A DNA stretch of 64,000 nt from the human T2T-CHM13v2.0 reference genome, Homo sapiens, in NCBI RefSeq assembly GCF_009914755.1, contig NC_060930.1. One strand, given 5' to 3'. This document shows, one piece after another, positions 1-21,199 of the stretch; position 1 is the first letter of the stretch, and each line of letters begins with the position of its first letter. The notes under the pieces are model-generated. The model was not told the DNA's origin. It searched no databases and worked only from the letters and a program-made list of their open reading frames with translations. Both the position numbers and the translations under genes were made by a program.

Positions 1-29
1 AAAGTGTTGGTGAGTGGTGAAAGAAGAGG

Positions 30-1000
30 GAACACTATGTGCTAGGGAAAGACCTATCTGATAGATGATGCTCAAGGAGATAATTGAAGGGCATAGAGAG
101 CCAGCCATTTAGCTTGCTGGAGGAAAAGTGGTCCAAGAAAAGGAAGAGAAAGGGCAAAAGCCTCAGAACAAAACTATGTGCCTATCTTCCAGAAATCCAA
201 TGAGGCTGGCACAGAGTGACATTAGGGATATATAGCTGGGGTCAAACTATATCATATCTCTTAGCGTACTATAGACTTCTTTTTCTTTTTTTCCCGTGAC
301 TGAGAAGGTAAACCACTGGATGACTTTGAGTAGAGAAGCGACATAACCTAACTCTTTTATAATTCACCCTTTCTGCTCCATGAGCAAACATCAAGGTTAA
401 GAATGGAAAGTGTCGCAGCAATTAGGAGACTAGACAGTTATCCACTTAAGAGATGTTTGTGCCTTGGACCAGCAGGGCTAGCACTGGACATGACCATAAT
501 GTGGCTGGATAAACAAGTCTAGAGTTCAAGAGAGAAGACTGGCTTGGAGTTCTAAATTCGAGGGACCATACCATATAGGTGGTATTTAAAGCTTCAAAAT
601 TGGATGATACCTCTTTCTAAGTGGATATGGTTAGAAAATAAAGTGTTGAGGGAGACAGAGGAAGAACAAGTTAAGAAGCTGTGAAATAAAACCAGAGGTT
701 GGAGGTAAAACAGGCAAATGCTATGTATCCGAAGCTAAGTAAAGAAAGTGTACTAAGAAGAAAGGAGAGTCATCTACTGTGTCAAATGGTGCTAGTAGGT
801 TTAGCAAGGTGAGGTCTGAGAAATGACTGTTGGATTTGTCAATATGAGTGAAAGGCACTGGTGAAAGGAACAATTTTGATGGTGTGGTGGGGTAAATGCT
901 TAGGGGACAGACCATTCTTCCTTAGACTTTGGGGTAAGAGGGGACTGAGAAATGGAGATGCCAATTGTAGCAGAAAAATTGGCCAGAAAAAGGATTTTTT
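30..1000 (-). mobile_element. Degenerate L2 LINE fragments
   Basis: L2-like motifs such as aaccactggatgactttgagtagagaag..acataacct and aggtttagcaaggtgaggtctgagaaatgactgttggatttg. Confidence 0.55.
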
Positions 1001-1198
1001 AATGTAAGAAATCATAACACTTTCATAAGCAGCTAGAAATGATGCAATGGAGAAAAAGAAAAACTGATGACCTATGTAAGAAGAACCCAACAGTAAAACA
1101 TCATGGAACATTTCTCTAGATTCACCCAATCCCTGTGTTCCGTCTTCAGAGCTAACTCTTGCTCTTCCTTCTGCTGCCACCTTCGTGGAATGACTTCT

Positions 1199-1511
1199 TT
1201 TTTAATTTTATTTAATTTTATTTATTTTTTGAGACGGAGTCTTGCTCTGTCACCCAGGCTGAAGTGCAGTGGCACTTTCAGCTCACTGCAACCTCTGCCT
1301 CCCGGGTTCAAGCAATTCTCCTGCCTCATTCTCCCCAAGTAGCTGGGACTACAGGCACACACCACCACGCTCAGCTAATTTTTGTATTTTTAGTGCAGAT
1401 GGGGTTTCGCCATGTTGGCCAGGCTGGTCTGGAACTCCTCACTTCAGGCGACCCACTCGCCTCGGCCTCCAAAAGTGCTGGGATTACAGGCATGAGCTAC
1501 TGTGCCAGGCC
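1199..1511 (-). mobile_element. Alu (AluS-like)
   Basis: Reverse-complement Alu dimer with degenerate T tail; TSD gtggaa[t/g]gacttct at 1185-1198 and 1514-1527. Confidence 0.95.
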
Positions 1512-1842
1512 CTGTGGAAGGACTTCTGAAGCCTCATTAGTTGCTTCTAGCTCTTCATCTCTGGCTCCATTCTCCAGAAATCTATGCCTCAGTCCTCCTC
1601 TCTTGTCTCAGTAAAGCATGCCCTCATCCTTCATTAGACAATTTTAAAATGATTTCACCTTACTTTCCGAATGTATCCTACACCTATTTTGAATCTAATA
1701 GTCTTAAATAGTTTAGCAAGAGGCATTTGGTATGTGGGTGCATACTTTTGCAATATTTATAAGAAAATGTTCAGTTTTATTCGCGCTAACTTTAGAGCCA
1801 AGCAAAGAACATTTATTTCTTTATTAGAAAATTCTGAAACGT

Positions 1843-2277
1843 GGGGATATAGTTTGGATATTTGTCCCTGCCTAAATCTCATGTTGAAGTGCAGTACCCA
1901 GTGTTAGAGGTAGGGCCTGGTGGAAGGTGTTTGGATCTAGGAGCAGATCCTTCACGAATGGCTTGGGCTATCCCCTTGGTGATGAGTAAGCTCTCACTCT
2001 GAATTCACAGGAGATCTAGTCATATAAAAGTCTGTGGCACCTCGCCCACTTCTGCTCAGTCTCCCTCATTTGCTCCTACTTTCATCATGTGAGAAGCCTG
2101 CTCCTCCTTCACTTTCCACCATGATTGAAAGCTTCCTGAGACTTCCCTAAAAGCCTAGCAGATGCCAGCACCATGCTTCCTGTAAAACTTGCAGAACCAC
2201 GAGCCAATTAAACCTCTTTTCTTTATAAATTTCCCAGTTTTAGGTACTTAATTATACCAATGCAAGAACAGACGAAG
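1843..2277 (+). mobile_element. Solo ERVL-MaLR LTR (MSTB-like)
   Basis: Begins atatagtttggatatttgtccc..aaatctcatgttgaa; ends gagccaattaaacctcttttctttataaatt..caagaacagac. Confidence 0.85.
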
Positions 2278-2479
2278 GTACCTAGTAAATCATCTTTGGG
2301 AATACTCACTAGATTTCCCAAGTTCCCTTGATACAATTTCTCCAATAGGAGGTAATCATTCCCATGAGGAGGCAATACTCACTTCTCTCCATATTGTCAC
2401 ACACTCTATCCCTTGTTTTCTAACCTACTTCTCCTCCTCTCCTCTCACTTCCTTTTTTTAAAACAGCAATCTTTTCTGA

Positions 2480-3880
2480 GTAGAAAAGGAATAGTCCTTA
2501 ACTGCAAAAAAGATATACTAGAAAATATAAGGAAAAATTTAAAAAGAAGAAAATTACTGAAATTTTAACCACTCACCATATTTCTGATTCATTTCTCTGT
2601 TACTTTGCAACTTGTTTTACAAATAAGAAATCACACATAAAATTTGCACTTAAAATGATTAGAAAATGACCACCATTTTCTAACTATAATAAAAATACTG
2701 TTTTACATAACTATAGATTTTGTAGTATTTCATTGTGCAGACACACCACAGTTAAGTTTGAAACAGTTAAGTAGTTGCTAGTATTTTGTCATTATAAAAC
2801 ATGTGTTGTAAGTTGTTATTCTGTAAATGTTTATCTATGTTCTTTGGAGTGTTCCTTAACGCATATATCCAGAAACACAAATTCTGAGTCAAAGCATGTG
2901 AACCTAGGCTCTGGGTCATATGTTCACACATTATAGTTTCCAAAAATTCATGTTTTACATCTTTAGTAATTTGCTAAAAATAGTATACTAGAGTTATGAT
3001 TTATATACTAATTATTAGTAAGCATAATCTCTTTCAAATTTGATTAAACGTTTGCCTTTCTGGTTTTGTGAATAGTTTGAGTGCCTTGTCCAGTTATCTG
3101 TGGCTTACTTTAAAGTATTTCCCCCTCTATAAAGTGGTTTAATGTCCCTTTTATTAAGAAAACCAACAATCTTTCACATTTTATTTTAAATACATTCCTG
3201 TGTTTTTTCTTTTAATTCCATTTTGGGGTTTTTAAATTTGTTTGTTTCTGGGGTTTTTGGAGGTTTGTTTGTTTCTGGGTGTTTGTTTGTTTGTTTTTGT
3301 TTTGTTTTGTTTTTACTTTAGTGTCTTGAAGGTGTTTACAAACAGTAAGATAGAGTGGTTATTTTTAGCTGTTTGGTTTTATTCCAATTCATAAAGCTTG
3401 TCTCCACTCACAAGTTAGATAAATACCTATCTATATTTTCTGCTGTTTTAAAGTTTCGTTTTCTATGTTTGGCTTTTTCATCCTTTTATAATCTATTTTG
3501 ATAAAATGGAGTGAAGTGAAATCAAAATGGATTTTTAAAACTATCTCATCAACATTCTCAGGAATACATTTTGAAAGATCTATCTCTTTCACCTGATTCA
3601 CGAGGATTTATTTATCATGCATTTTGTTATAGGGTCTGGTTCCATGACAGCTATTCTACCCTATTGATCTGCCAGTCTATTTTTCACCAGTAAGTACAAC
3701 AGTTTAATCATTTAAATTACACAGTTAATTATTCTAGTTTTATATAATATTTTATTATCTTCTAGGACTAGACCCTATATATTCTTCCCTTCAAAATTTT
3801 CAAAATGTTTTACACTTGCTACTTTGTTCAGATAACAATGAAGTCTATTTTTATTGTAGTTTTGTATAGTGATTGAGAAA
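2480..3880 (-). mobile_element. Highly degenerate old L1 (L1ME-like) fragments, with a (GTTT)n-like tract at about 3235-3315
   Basis: Scattered antisense L1 3'/ORF2 motifs (gtatttcattgt, ggtctggttcc..ctattctaccctattgatct..gtctatttt..accagta). Confidence 0.4.
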
Positions 3881-4133
3881 ATCTACTCTAAATCCAATTT
3901 GCATAGGTTCATATATCCCAGCTTCATTAAACACTAGCTTTATAACAAGTTCACACGCCTAGGTTCATACGCTTTGATTCAGAATTTGTGTTTCTGGATA
4001 TATGCGTTAAGGAACACTCCAAAGAACATAGATAAACATTTACAGAATAACAATTTACAATGCATGTTTTATAATGACAAAATGCCAGCAACTACTTAAC
4101 TGTTTCAAACTTAACTATGGTGTGTCTACACAA
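2733..4133. repeat. 177-bp inverted repeat (arms 2733-2909 and 3957-4133)
   Basis: Manual alignment of arm 1 to the reverse complement of arm 2: 167/177 identical, no gaps. Confidence 0.95.
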
Positions 4134-4310
4134 GTTATGTGAACACTCTTTGCCTCAGTTTTGCTTCTGTAACTTGAGTATAATAATATACATACCACAT
4201 ATAGCTGCTGTGATGATAGAGTGAATTATTAAATACATGTAAGGCACTTAGAATAGTACCTGGCAACATAATATAGAATATTATGTAGAGATATTTTCTA
4301 TTATTATTTA
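3905..4310 (+). mobile_element. MIR SINE interrupted by the inverted duplication
   Basis: ggttcatatatcccagcttc..cactagct..caagtt [insert] atgtgaacactctttgcctcagtttt..ctgtaa..gtaaggcacttagaatagtacctggca. Confidence 0.75.
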
Positions 4311-5201
4311 GTGACAACCACTTTGTTAAGTTTTATATGCATCCTATCACTGAATCTATGTTTGATCCCAGTTCTCAGGACTCTCCCCATATGACTTAGT
4401 GATCTTCTGAAAACTAATCAAGTTAAAATAATTTCATATTTTTTCATGAGCAAGGAGTTCCACAGGGGAAAATCCTGAGATTCATTTTTCCATTTGTTTC
4501 AATTATTTTTATAGGCTACTGATTCTCTTGACTTTCCAACCAACAGAATGGAAAGAAGAAAAAAACAAATGCTAGTGTAAACATTCTTGTTAACATCATT
4601 CCTAGCTTATTTTTATTGAAACATTGCATTATTATGTGTCTTTTGTTGTGGTTTTATTCAGTCTATAAAATAGAATTGTAGAAATGACTTTGCACTTTCT
4701 AGTTTGTCTCAAATAGACACCCAGATGTGAATGAAATTCTCTTAGTTGGTCCTTTGTGATACAGTCCGGGCTCTCACTTGTTAAGATACAGAAGATTTAC
4801 CAAGAGGGCAGGTTAAAATTCTGACTCAGTAGGTCTGCACATTTAATAAGCCCCCTTCCCCAGGTGAGAGAAAACAAGTGATCCCGAAGGAGGGCCACGA
4901 AGGGCAGCATCTGGCACTGCCTATAACCATGGCTGCTTCCTTATTAAAAAACAAAGAGGACAGACTTCTCAGATTAAGAGAGATGTTATCAGATTACAGT
5001 GTGAAACAGAATGAGTCAGGGATGGAAAGAAAATACAGACACAGCTACATATGCTACTGGTGCTCCAGTAACAGCTGCTTAAAATCAACAGCTGCATTGT
5101 CAAGCAGGGTCTGAAGATACTTCTTCTCCATGATGCAGAATCCCTACTGCAGAGATACAGTCTACTTCCTTAATGCCACCTCTTCTCTGGTGTCCACTTA
5201 T

Positions 5202-5204
<3 letters not shown>

Positions 5205-5241
<37 letters not shown>
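5205..5241. repeat. (CA)18 microsatellite
   Basis: Direct observation. Confidence 0.97.
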
Positions 5242-5243
<2 letters not shown>

Positions 5244-6774
5244 GCACAGGCTCAAGAGACAGTGGCCTGTTAAAAGGCCATATAAAATCTTAGTCTCCAC
5301 TTTACTGTGGGCTCTCAATAGATTCTCTATTTGAGTCAAGCCCTTCCCTAATCACCCCAGAGCTCTGGATTGTACCTTCCATGCTTTTCCTTCCCATGGC
5401 TGACTCTTCATTCAGCTATAGTCATTTCAAGAGGAAGGGAGGAAAATCATTAGATCTTTCTACATTTCAATGTAAGTATGAGAACAATCTCTTTCAAAAA
5501 TATATCCAGGATCATATAGTCAATGATTCCACACTAATTGAGATTTTACCTCTGGAAATGTCATCACCAATATGTTATTAAATATGAATTAAACTGTGCA
5601 GTTTTCCAGTGGGTCAGCATAAATGTCTTCTCTTGCATACACGATATTTCCTTTCTCTCTCCAGTCTCTTCTCCTACCATCAGCACTATGTTGTAATGAA
5701 TTCCACATATCAGTGAGAGCCACGGTATTTTGAGAACCAGTCTAGGGCTTAATGTTTCAGAAAGTTCAGAAATAGTGCAACATTTGAGTAAGAATTATGA
5801 GTGAAATGGGTTCTCAGAGAAGTATCAATCATGTTTAACTTGCAAGTTAATATTTCCATAGTCTGACATGTTTCAAGTGTATGATAAGCTTGTATAGGGA
5901 GAAAATGAGGCTGGGGATTTTCCCAAAAATTGGTTATCACTCATTGAAATTTTTTAATGGTTTAATATTTTCTTAGAGTTTTACAGTGCATTCATTGTGT
6001 TCTGTTAAAAATATTCATTAATAAATGATGCTTAAGGATAGTAGGTTTTAACACAGTCAGTTTTCTGGGCAGTGATAAAATAGACTTAGGTAATAGAACT
6101 CATCATTTTCAACTCACTGAAAGCTAATGGTTTTAGTAAATGAGTTATAAGTTTCACTGACCAATTTGCTTCATTTAAGGAAGAATCTAAGTAATAGCAC
6201 AAAGAGCTGTGAAGCAAAACTTCAAAGAAATACAGAATGGGTACAAAGGATTACATGAAAAGACAATGAACTAATACTCAAGCACAAAAAGTGGAATTCA
6301 ATGAACACTAAAACTCTTAGGTGTGAAAACAATCAGCTCCAAACAGAATGAAGCAGAAAGAGACTCCCTTTTTCTAAGGCCATTTTAAAAACACTCGTGT
6401 GATATTAACTACCCTTGCAAATTCCACCAACTCAGGTAAACAGTTAGGAACCAGCAACTGACAACATTTATACATTTCTGGAGTACCATTTAGGGAATAT
6501 AAATGGAGCCTAATATGACATTTTAATATCTTGTAAACTATTATTATATGCAGGAATCTTCCCTTTGATGCTTGCCATAGTCTAGTCATTTATATACACA
6601 ATAATAATTTACTTTTAGTGACTACGGCTTTCCTCATCCTCATCTTCATTCCATAGACTGATTTCATGTCAATGAATACCATGGGGCTGTAAGGTCACTA
6701 TCCTAGAGTTCCAGGAGAACTTCAGAGCTGAAACAGAAAGTCGCTAGCATGTTGTGACAAGTTCAACTTCCAGG

Positions 6775-7000
6775 TGGTTGTGGTACAGTGGGAGGAATCT
6801 TGGACTTTGCAGTCAGAACTTTTGAGTTCAAATCCAGGTTCTTCAAGTGTGCAATCTTGAGCAAATCACACCACTCTCCTACCCTGTTTCCTCACTGTGA
6901 GGTAATGATGGTAACTCCTATCCTGTAGAATTAAATATGACATTATATGCAAAATATTTGTGCTTGTCTAACACTTGACATATAGCAAGTACTCATAATT
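6775..7000 (+). mobile_element. MIR SINE
   Basis: ggactttgcagtcagaac..gagttcaaatcc..tcttgagcaaatcac..ctgtttcctcactgt. Confidence 0.7.
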
Positions 7001-8972
7001 GTGGCCTAAATCTAAATGTTGCAGAGGTTCCAGAACCTTCACTTAATTTCTACTCTCAATCAAACCTAAGAATTTGTGTAGACACAAATATAGAGAGCAC
7101 CACTCTTCCACTGCATACACAGCTTTAGTAAATGTTCTATTCGTTACACATTGGGGGTCCGCAAAGACCTGGCATGTATTTGATGTGCAGGCCACTTATT
7201 GCTAGGAGAAGTAATTACATAAATGTTACTGATTTGAATAACAATAAGAACAAGCACAATGTGCAAGGCACTGTTCTAAATGTATTACCTGCATTAATTT
7301 ATTTAACCCACACAGTAAGTTCACAAAAGAAAAGAATTAATTTATTTTCTGTGTCTAAAGGCACAAGCAACAAAAAGAATAGAATCCTTTATGTCATAAA
7401 AATGCTTCTACAATAATGAGAAGCCTGATTCTGTGCAGCTGTTCTTTTTGCATCCCCTTCAGCTCCAGTTTGTTTTAAGAATACAGGAATCACTCCAAAT
7501 CCAGGATGCAGAGTTCCATAGAAATGGTCCAGGTGGCCAGCTGTTTAAAAGAGGTGCATACAGCTAGAACTATAAGCTTCTCAGCTAAGGAAGAGGAAAC
7601 GTCAACCTAATTTAATCACAATATCATTAATCAAAACAACTTTTCCATAAATCATTGGAAATTATAAACGAAAAAAGAAAATTTCCTTCCTTTCACTTTT
7701 TACTCTTTCTTGATTTTATATATACTGCTAATACAGGACTTATTTTTTACATTGATGACTGGAATAGTATTTTCTTGAATTCTGCCAGATGGTTGAAAAT
7801 ATTAAGAAGATCTCAGTCTAAGATATCAGAGAAAGAGACAGAACAAAGACAGGCTCATGTTGAGAGCATTTAGTGGCATTCAGCGATATTTTCACCCTCT
7901 AAGTAACTGTGATTCTTATTATTCTTTCTTCCCCACTAAACTTTCAGCTCTTATATAAAAGTTTCCTGAGATTCAAAATTTTTTGTTTTAAGTATAAAGT
8001 TTTAAAAAATATTATTAAATAATATTCCAGCAAGCAGCAGCATTTTCTGTATTTGTACATTTTGAAACATAATGAAACAAGAACTTCATAACAGAAATAA
8101 GACATTAACCAAAACATACAATGATTTTATAGATCAACAAATTTGGAAAGGCTTATATATTAAATATTCCAATATGATAACAAGACAATGCTTCTTTCTC
8201 ATAATACTCCTTGTTTCTTCATATCAAAATTTTCAGTGCATGGTTATTCTACTTCCGAAAGTGCGAGGTTCATTTTTTGTTTTCTTTTTAATTGTGATAA
8301 CTTAATACAAATTCAATAACTCTGTAACTATATTGCCACTGCCTACATTTCCACATAAATTGGATTCTCTTTCATTACATAATTAATTTTTAGAAGGGAA
8401 ATTGTGTTTCCACATCTCAAAGTTTATCCATTATTGCTAAGAATATTTTGCATCCATCAAGTTTTAAATCATTTTAGTTAAATATTATTTTAGTTTGGAA
8501 TGAAGCAATTCTTAGTTGTTTAAGTTATTCTGCATTATATATTAATACAGTTACAATTTGAAATATACAATCAAGAGTTTAAAGGTTATGCTAAATAAGA
8601 TAAAACTGAGTCATATTCTACCTTGCTACATTTGGACATGCAATTGTCTTTAAAGCCCTGAATTATAGAAAATGATTAAGATTACCCTGATTTAAAAATG
8701 GATAGTACTGAAGCATAAAGGAAAAATGTTTAGGCAGAGGAAGATGGGGTGGGGTAGTGGCACTAACTACTGGGCTCTGCAAAGGTCCAGTGACAAGAGA
8801 GCTTGGGGAAAGAAAACATGATCCCAAATAGAGGGACTGAAAGTATTTCTGGATTACCAAAGAAAAGAGTTCAAGTTTCAGAGAAATAAATGAAAGATTA
8901 GGGGAGAGGTAAACAAAAGCAGACTTTTAGACACTCTGTAACCATTCAAGGACATTGAACTTCATCCCAAAT

Positions 8973-9157
8973 CAGTGGTTCTCAAGCTTGAGTGTGCATC
9001 GAAATCAACTGAAAGGCCTGTTAAGGCAGTGTGGGTACCCGCCTCCAGAGTTCCTGATACAGTAGGCTTTGGGTGGGGGCAGAGTATCTGCAGGTTTAAT
9101 TGATTCCCAGGAAATGTTGATGCTATTGATTCAAAGACACGCACTTTGAGAACCTGT
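8973..9157. mobile_element. MER5A-like hAT-Charlie DNA transposon (MITE), within L2 remnants
   Basis: Terminal inverted repeats cagtggttctcaa ... ttgagaacctg; internal ctccagagttcctgatacagtaggc. Confidence 0.8.
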
Positions 9158-10993
9158 TCTAAGAGAAACCTCTGAAGAACTTTCAAGAGGGGAGAGACTT
9201 GCTCTTTGGAAAACTCACTTTTGCTATGGAGTAGAAAATAGATTCAGGAAGAGGAAATGTGGAGGATGCCAAGAAGCAGTTGCTATAGTAAAGACAAGAC
9301 AGCAGAGAAGGAAAAAAGCAGAGTCCAGAACTCTTGACAGGTGAATGTCACAGATTGCTCTCAAGGTTCTGGCTTGAACACCTGAGTGAATGGTTGACAT
9401 TATCTGCGATAACGCTGGCAAAGGGACCACTTCCAGGGAGAGGACAGTGTGGGACATGTAAAGGTTGAGTGCTGGTGGTATTCTGGTAAGGGTTTCATAC
9501 CTGTTCTCTGTGGGGAGAGGAAAGCCCTGGTTTGTAGACCTTGCTAATTTACATGGGGTAAACACTCCCTCTGTGGCCAATGTGATGTGGCAGAAGACGG
9601 AAGAGATGTGCAGTAACACACCATTATGTCGCATTCCCACCACAAAGATGCAAAGCCAAATTCCGGATAGGAGTACTGCATAGGAGTTGTGGGTAGACTG
9701 AAGAGCACAGTAAGTCACAGTTACAATGGCAATTTTCAGTAAATAAGCAAACCACAGGCAAGGGTCTATTTGTGACACCAGATCACAGTCTAAGTGAGAC
9801 CATGAGTAACCAAGGCGGTAGGAGCATCAGTCTCAAAAGATGTGCAAGGAGAGGTGTGGACAGGGGCAGTCCTCAAAGAAAAGGCAGTCACAATGGATAT
9901 ACAGGAGATCAGTCATCAGATAGCAGGCTCCTAGCAACCCGTTATGGTTCGAGGCCAGGGTTCTTGTCTCCCTAGAAAAGCAGTAGCTAGATTTATGCAG
10001 TGACTTAGTATTAAGGAATAGAGATATTAGCTCACCTAAAAAAGAGCTATGGTATGAGGCAGGAGCTGAAGTAAGATAAGAAGGGCATTCAATGAATATG
10101 GGTTTTAAGAAAAGTCGAAAACCTAGTTGCCCAGACTATTGTCCAAGGGATATCACCAGCAAGGACAAAAATGCCCGGATGGATAACACTGGTATGAATC
10201 CAGGCATTGGATCAGGGGTCATGCTTTCCAGGTAAGGCTAAAAGAGGTTTTTAGAGGCTGGGAATCAAGCAGAAAGTAATAATTTTACAGCTCATTTAAA
10301 CTAGTCCATCTTGATTATCCTGCAGAACATCTCGTCCTCATGTATTATCACTGTTCATAGGCAAACAGTTTTTACTCCTAGGACACAGAAGAAGTGTGCT
10401 TTATTTAAATGCAGTTTTTGTATGTGTTGCTTATGCTCACTGGTTAGTAGATTTCATGTATAACTAAAATATAATAAACCATAGGCACCATCAAGTCCTA
10501 AATACAAAGAGAGAGTCTGAGTGCCCTAATGTTTTTGAAACTATTTATTTGAGTAGTCAAAAATCATCAGTCTACCTTGCAGATGCCAGAGTAAATAAAT
10601 TCAATGAAATCAATTGCAAATTTATCTGAATTGATAGGAAGGAGGAAGCAGGACAATGTTGTTTTCTATATATTGCACTCTTTTAGACTATTTTGCATTA
10701 AAATCCTGTATACTCAACTAAAAAGCAGAAAAATATCTTGGTCTAATTCATGTACTGAAACAAATCATTTTACTTTCCTATTACTTGGATATTTATTGCA
10801 CTTACATCAGTACAAATTAATTTAATTTGTTTCAAAGCAATAGGAAATTTCAAAAACCAACTTTATATATTTCCATTAAGAAAAAAACTAATAGAAGGAA
10901 CTGTCTATCCAAAATAACATAACAGACTCAAGGATTTCAGAACGCAGCAATAAGCAGAAAAAAAAGTTTTGTTTTCCCTAGCACTTATTTTCT

Positions 10994-11301
10994 TTCTTTC
11001 TCTTTCTTTCTTTCTTTTTTAATTTTTAATTTCTGGGGTACATGCGTAGGATGTGCACATTTGTTACATAAGTAAACGTGTGCCACGGTGCTTTGCTGCA
11101 CCTATCAACCCATCACTTAAGTATTAAGCCCAACATGCATTAGCTATTTTTCCTGATGCTCTCCCTCCCTCCACTGCCCCCTTCCCTGCAGAGGCCCCAG
11201 TATGTGTTGTTCCCCTCCCTGTGTCCATGTGTTCTCATTGTTCACCTCCCACTTTTGAGTGAGAACGTGGTGTTTCATCTTCTGTTCCTGCGTTACTTAC
11301 C
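10994..11301 (-). mobile_element. Short L1PA 3'-end fragment (L1PA7/8-like) with (TTTC)n tail
   Basis: Antisense L1PA 3' UTR (ggggtacatg..tgttacata..gtaaacgtgtgcca..tgtgtccatgtgttctcattgttca); TSD agc[a/g]cttattttct at 10980-10993 and 11302-11315. Confidence 0.9.
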
Positions 11302-14069
11302 AGCGCTTATTTTCTAGCACCCTTTGTTGTTTTTACCTAATTTTGGAGACCATTTCTTTAAAAAGAAAAAAAAATCAGTTATTCCGTTTGGTTTCTATAG
11401 TAACAAAAACTAATTTCTGGGTTTCTCCATGATCTATGATCATGTTGAAACCAAAGAGCACTCATGGGTCTTGCAAAATTCATAAAGTCCTGAACAAATA
11501 GGACTGCCATCTTCTGGCATTTGTCTGAAATGACTGATAATTGTACCAATTCTACATTGTAATCATAAGATTTTTATCCTCATTTTTTCACCTGCTGTTT
11601 TTTAACAAAGCATGACATAGTACCTGATCAGACAGTTCTTGGGTGACATCATCAACTTGCAAATAAGCCATTTGTCCCAAAGGGAACATGCAGAAGTGAG
11701 GATGTCTTAATATAAATGTTTATTCCAGAAACTTGGAAGAGAAATACATTGGGTTCTGAAAGGATCAAAATCTTTCTGCTTCTTTCAAGGGGTTATTTAA
11801 TCGTTTTAGAATCAAAATAATTCAAAACATGGGTTGTGCAGTTCAAGGGAGATTTCACCAGTGATTACTATTACAGTGTTTTTCTCTTGTAGGAACGAAC
11901 AGAAATAGGACTAATGGAAGAGGGCATATAGGATCTGGAGACTTCCTCCCACCCTTTACAGCTGACAGCAGTGAGTTATGAGGTGTTACAGAGTAAAACA
12001 GAGTTACCGTAAGAGCTGTCCAAATAACTTATGTCCTTGAATCACAACACCATCTTCAGAAGATAATTCATGTCACAAGTGAATGTTCAGTAATATGGAT
12101 TTTCTCCAAAACACCATATTTAACAGGCAACATCATTGCGAGGTGAATTTAATGGCAGAGTGCATTATTTAATAGAATTGAACTATACTCTAACATTCAA
12201 CAAGAGCTGATTAAAATGTATGCATAGTTGATAAAGAAACTTAAATACTGGATGTGAATAGCAAATAATAATCAGAATAAAATTTTAAGATTCAGCCAAA
12301 TCAAAGATTAAAAAGAGTTAACATTAATATAATTAGAATTTGGATATATTTCAACACTATCTTATTATTACAGACATAATATTACATTAAATTTTAAATG
12401 TATAATGCAGATGTTTATTCTACCAGAATAGTTTATTGTAGCAATATCTATTCTTTACAAAATTAGGCACACAAATAATTACTTGAATAAATGAAAGGTT
12501 TTGTGAAAACCTTAATTTATAAATTAAAGACTATGTGTAGCCTGCCCCCAAAAGTGAGCTAGAATCTGCTTAATAATTGATTAACTTAAATAACTATGTA
12601 ACATTATAATATGCAAAGATAGTAGTAATACATCATTATTGATTCTATTTCAACAATATTACCACTATTTGTCTCAAATCTGAAAAAGACCAAAATGGAT
12701 CTTTAAAGTCTTCTTCCCGGATTATTGTCTCCACAAGAGGAGAGCTGGAATATTATAATCAGCCACTGATCTTGGCTTTATGATCAGTGTGACATTCTGT
12801 CCTAGTATAAATCCCCAACTCTGATCCATTGTTAAGTGTATCTGGTTTGTTTACCTTCCATGTCTAAAGATATTTCTCTGCAATTGGTTATGTTACTATA
12901 TTTCTCTGTACTCTGTTGATTTCAAGTTTCTCTTTCTCTGAAATTTGAGAATTGGTCAGAGTGCCCTTGCTCTCTTTCCAGCTCAAGTAATTTTCCACCT
13001 CACAGATTTTCTCAATAAAAGAGTTAATTGTACCAGCCATAAATTTTATAGACAAGCAATGATTAAAGTAAAAAATAAGCACCTAGTAAAATTCTATATA
13101 TCATATTGAATACTCTGTGTGTTCAATTTATTGCTAAACTATCCTTTGCATTCACCATCTTCTTCAGTTCTCACTCCAATACCCTAGTTCAGGTTCTCCC
13201 AGCTATCATCTGTATTGTTCCAGGCAATAATCTCTAACTTGTTTTCCTCACAACTTCTTCCTTCTACAAACCACTGTACATGCTACTTTCATAGTAGTCA
13301 CCTAAAGAAACAATTCTTATTAAGTCAACAATTGTACTTAACTTGCAGCACAGAACCTTGTCTTAGTGTCCCTTTCAAAGCATGCATTCTGCCACCAACT
13401 TGCCTTCTAAGTCTTATTTCCTCAATTCCATTTGGGAAGTCTATGCTCCAGCCAAAACGGACTCATCACCATTCCCAAGGCTTAACAATTATATATCTCC
13501 CATATCTCCACTTATTAAATTCTAACTATCCTTCAAGGCCCTACTTAAATACAACCAGCTCTTCATGCCTCTTCTGATCACTCAGCATCAGGGAAAACTC
13601 AATCCTTGCCCTCTCATTATTTATATATTTCTTGAGATTTCTAATGCATTTATCAAAATATTACAACTCTCTGTTTAATTCGAGTCAGCTACCTAATTTA
13701 TTTTATTTACCCTTTCATTCACAAATTCTATAAACACTTGAGCAGCTACTAAATCTCGGTCCACATATCAGGCACTGGTGATAGAGCTATGCACATACTA
13801 GAACAGATTTGTGCCCACACGGAACTCACATTGCAGAGGAAAACAGACCATAGACAAGGTAATAGATAAATAAACAAAAAGCCTAGATACTGAGACAAGT
13901 TTTATAAAGGAAATAAACTTGGTTATATAAATGTGAAAGTTTCTTTTACCTTGGGCAGAAGAGATGATTCATCTGAGGCTTGAAAAATGAGGATTTAAAG
14001 TGGAGGATGGCTCTGGATTAGATGCTGTCAGAAAGTAAAAGTAATTGTATGATTGGATGGACCCAGAGT

Positions 14070-21199
<7,130 letters not shown>

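Noticed and set aside
1103-1614. ORFs at 1103-1614, and similar ones at 23622-23865, 25531-25815, 36302-36565, 46383-46580 and 57337-57540
   Set aside because: Typical antisense-Alu translations, not genes.
2733-4133. Inverted arms as the terminal repeats of a DNA transposon
   Set aside because: No TSD around the whole unit and no transposase; one arm sits inside older L1-like sequence and the other interrupts a MIR, which fits local templated duplication better.
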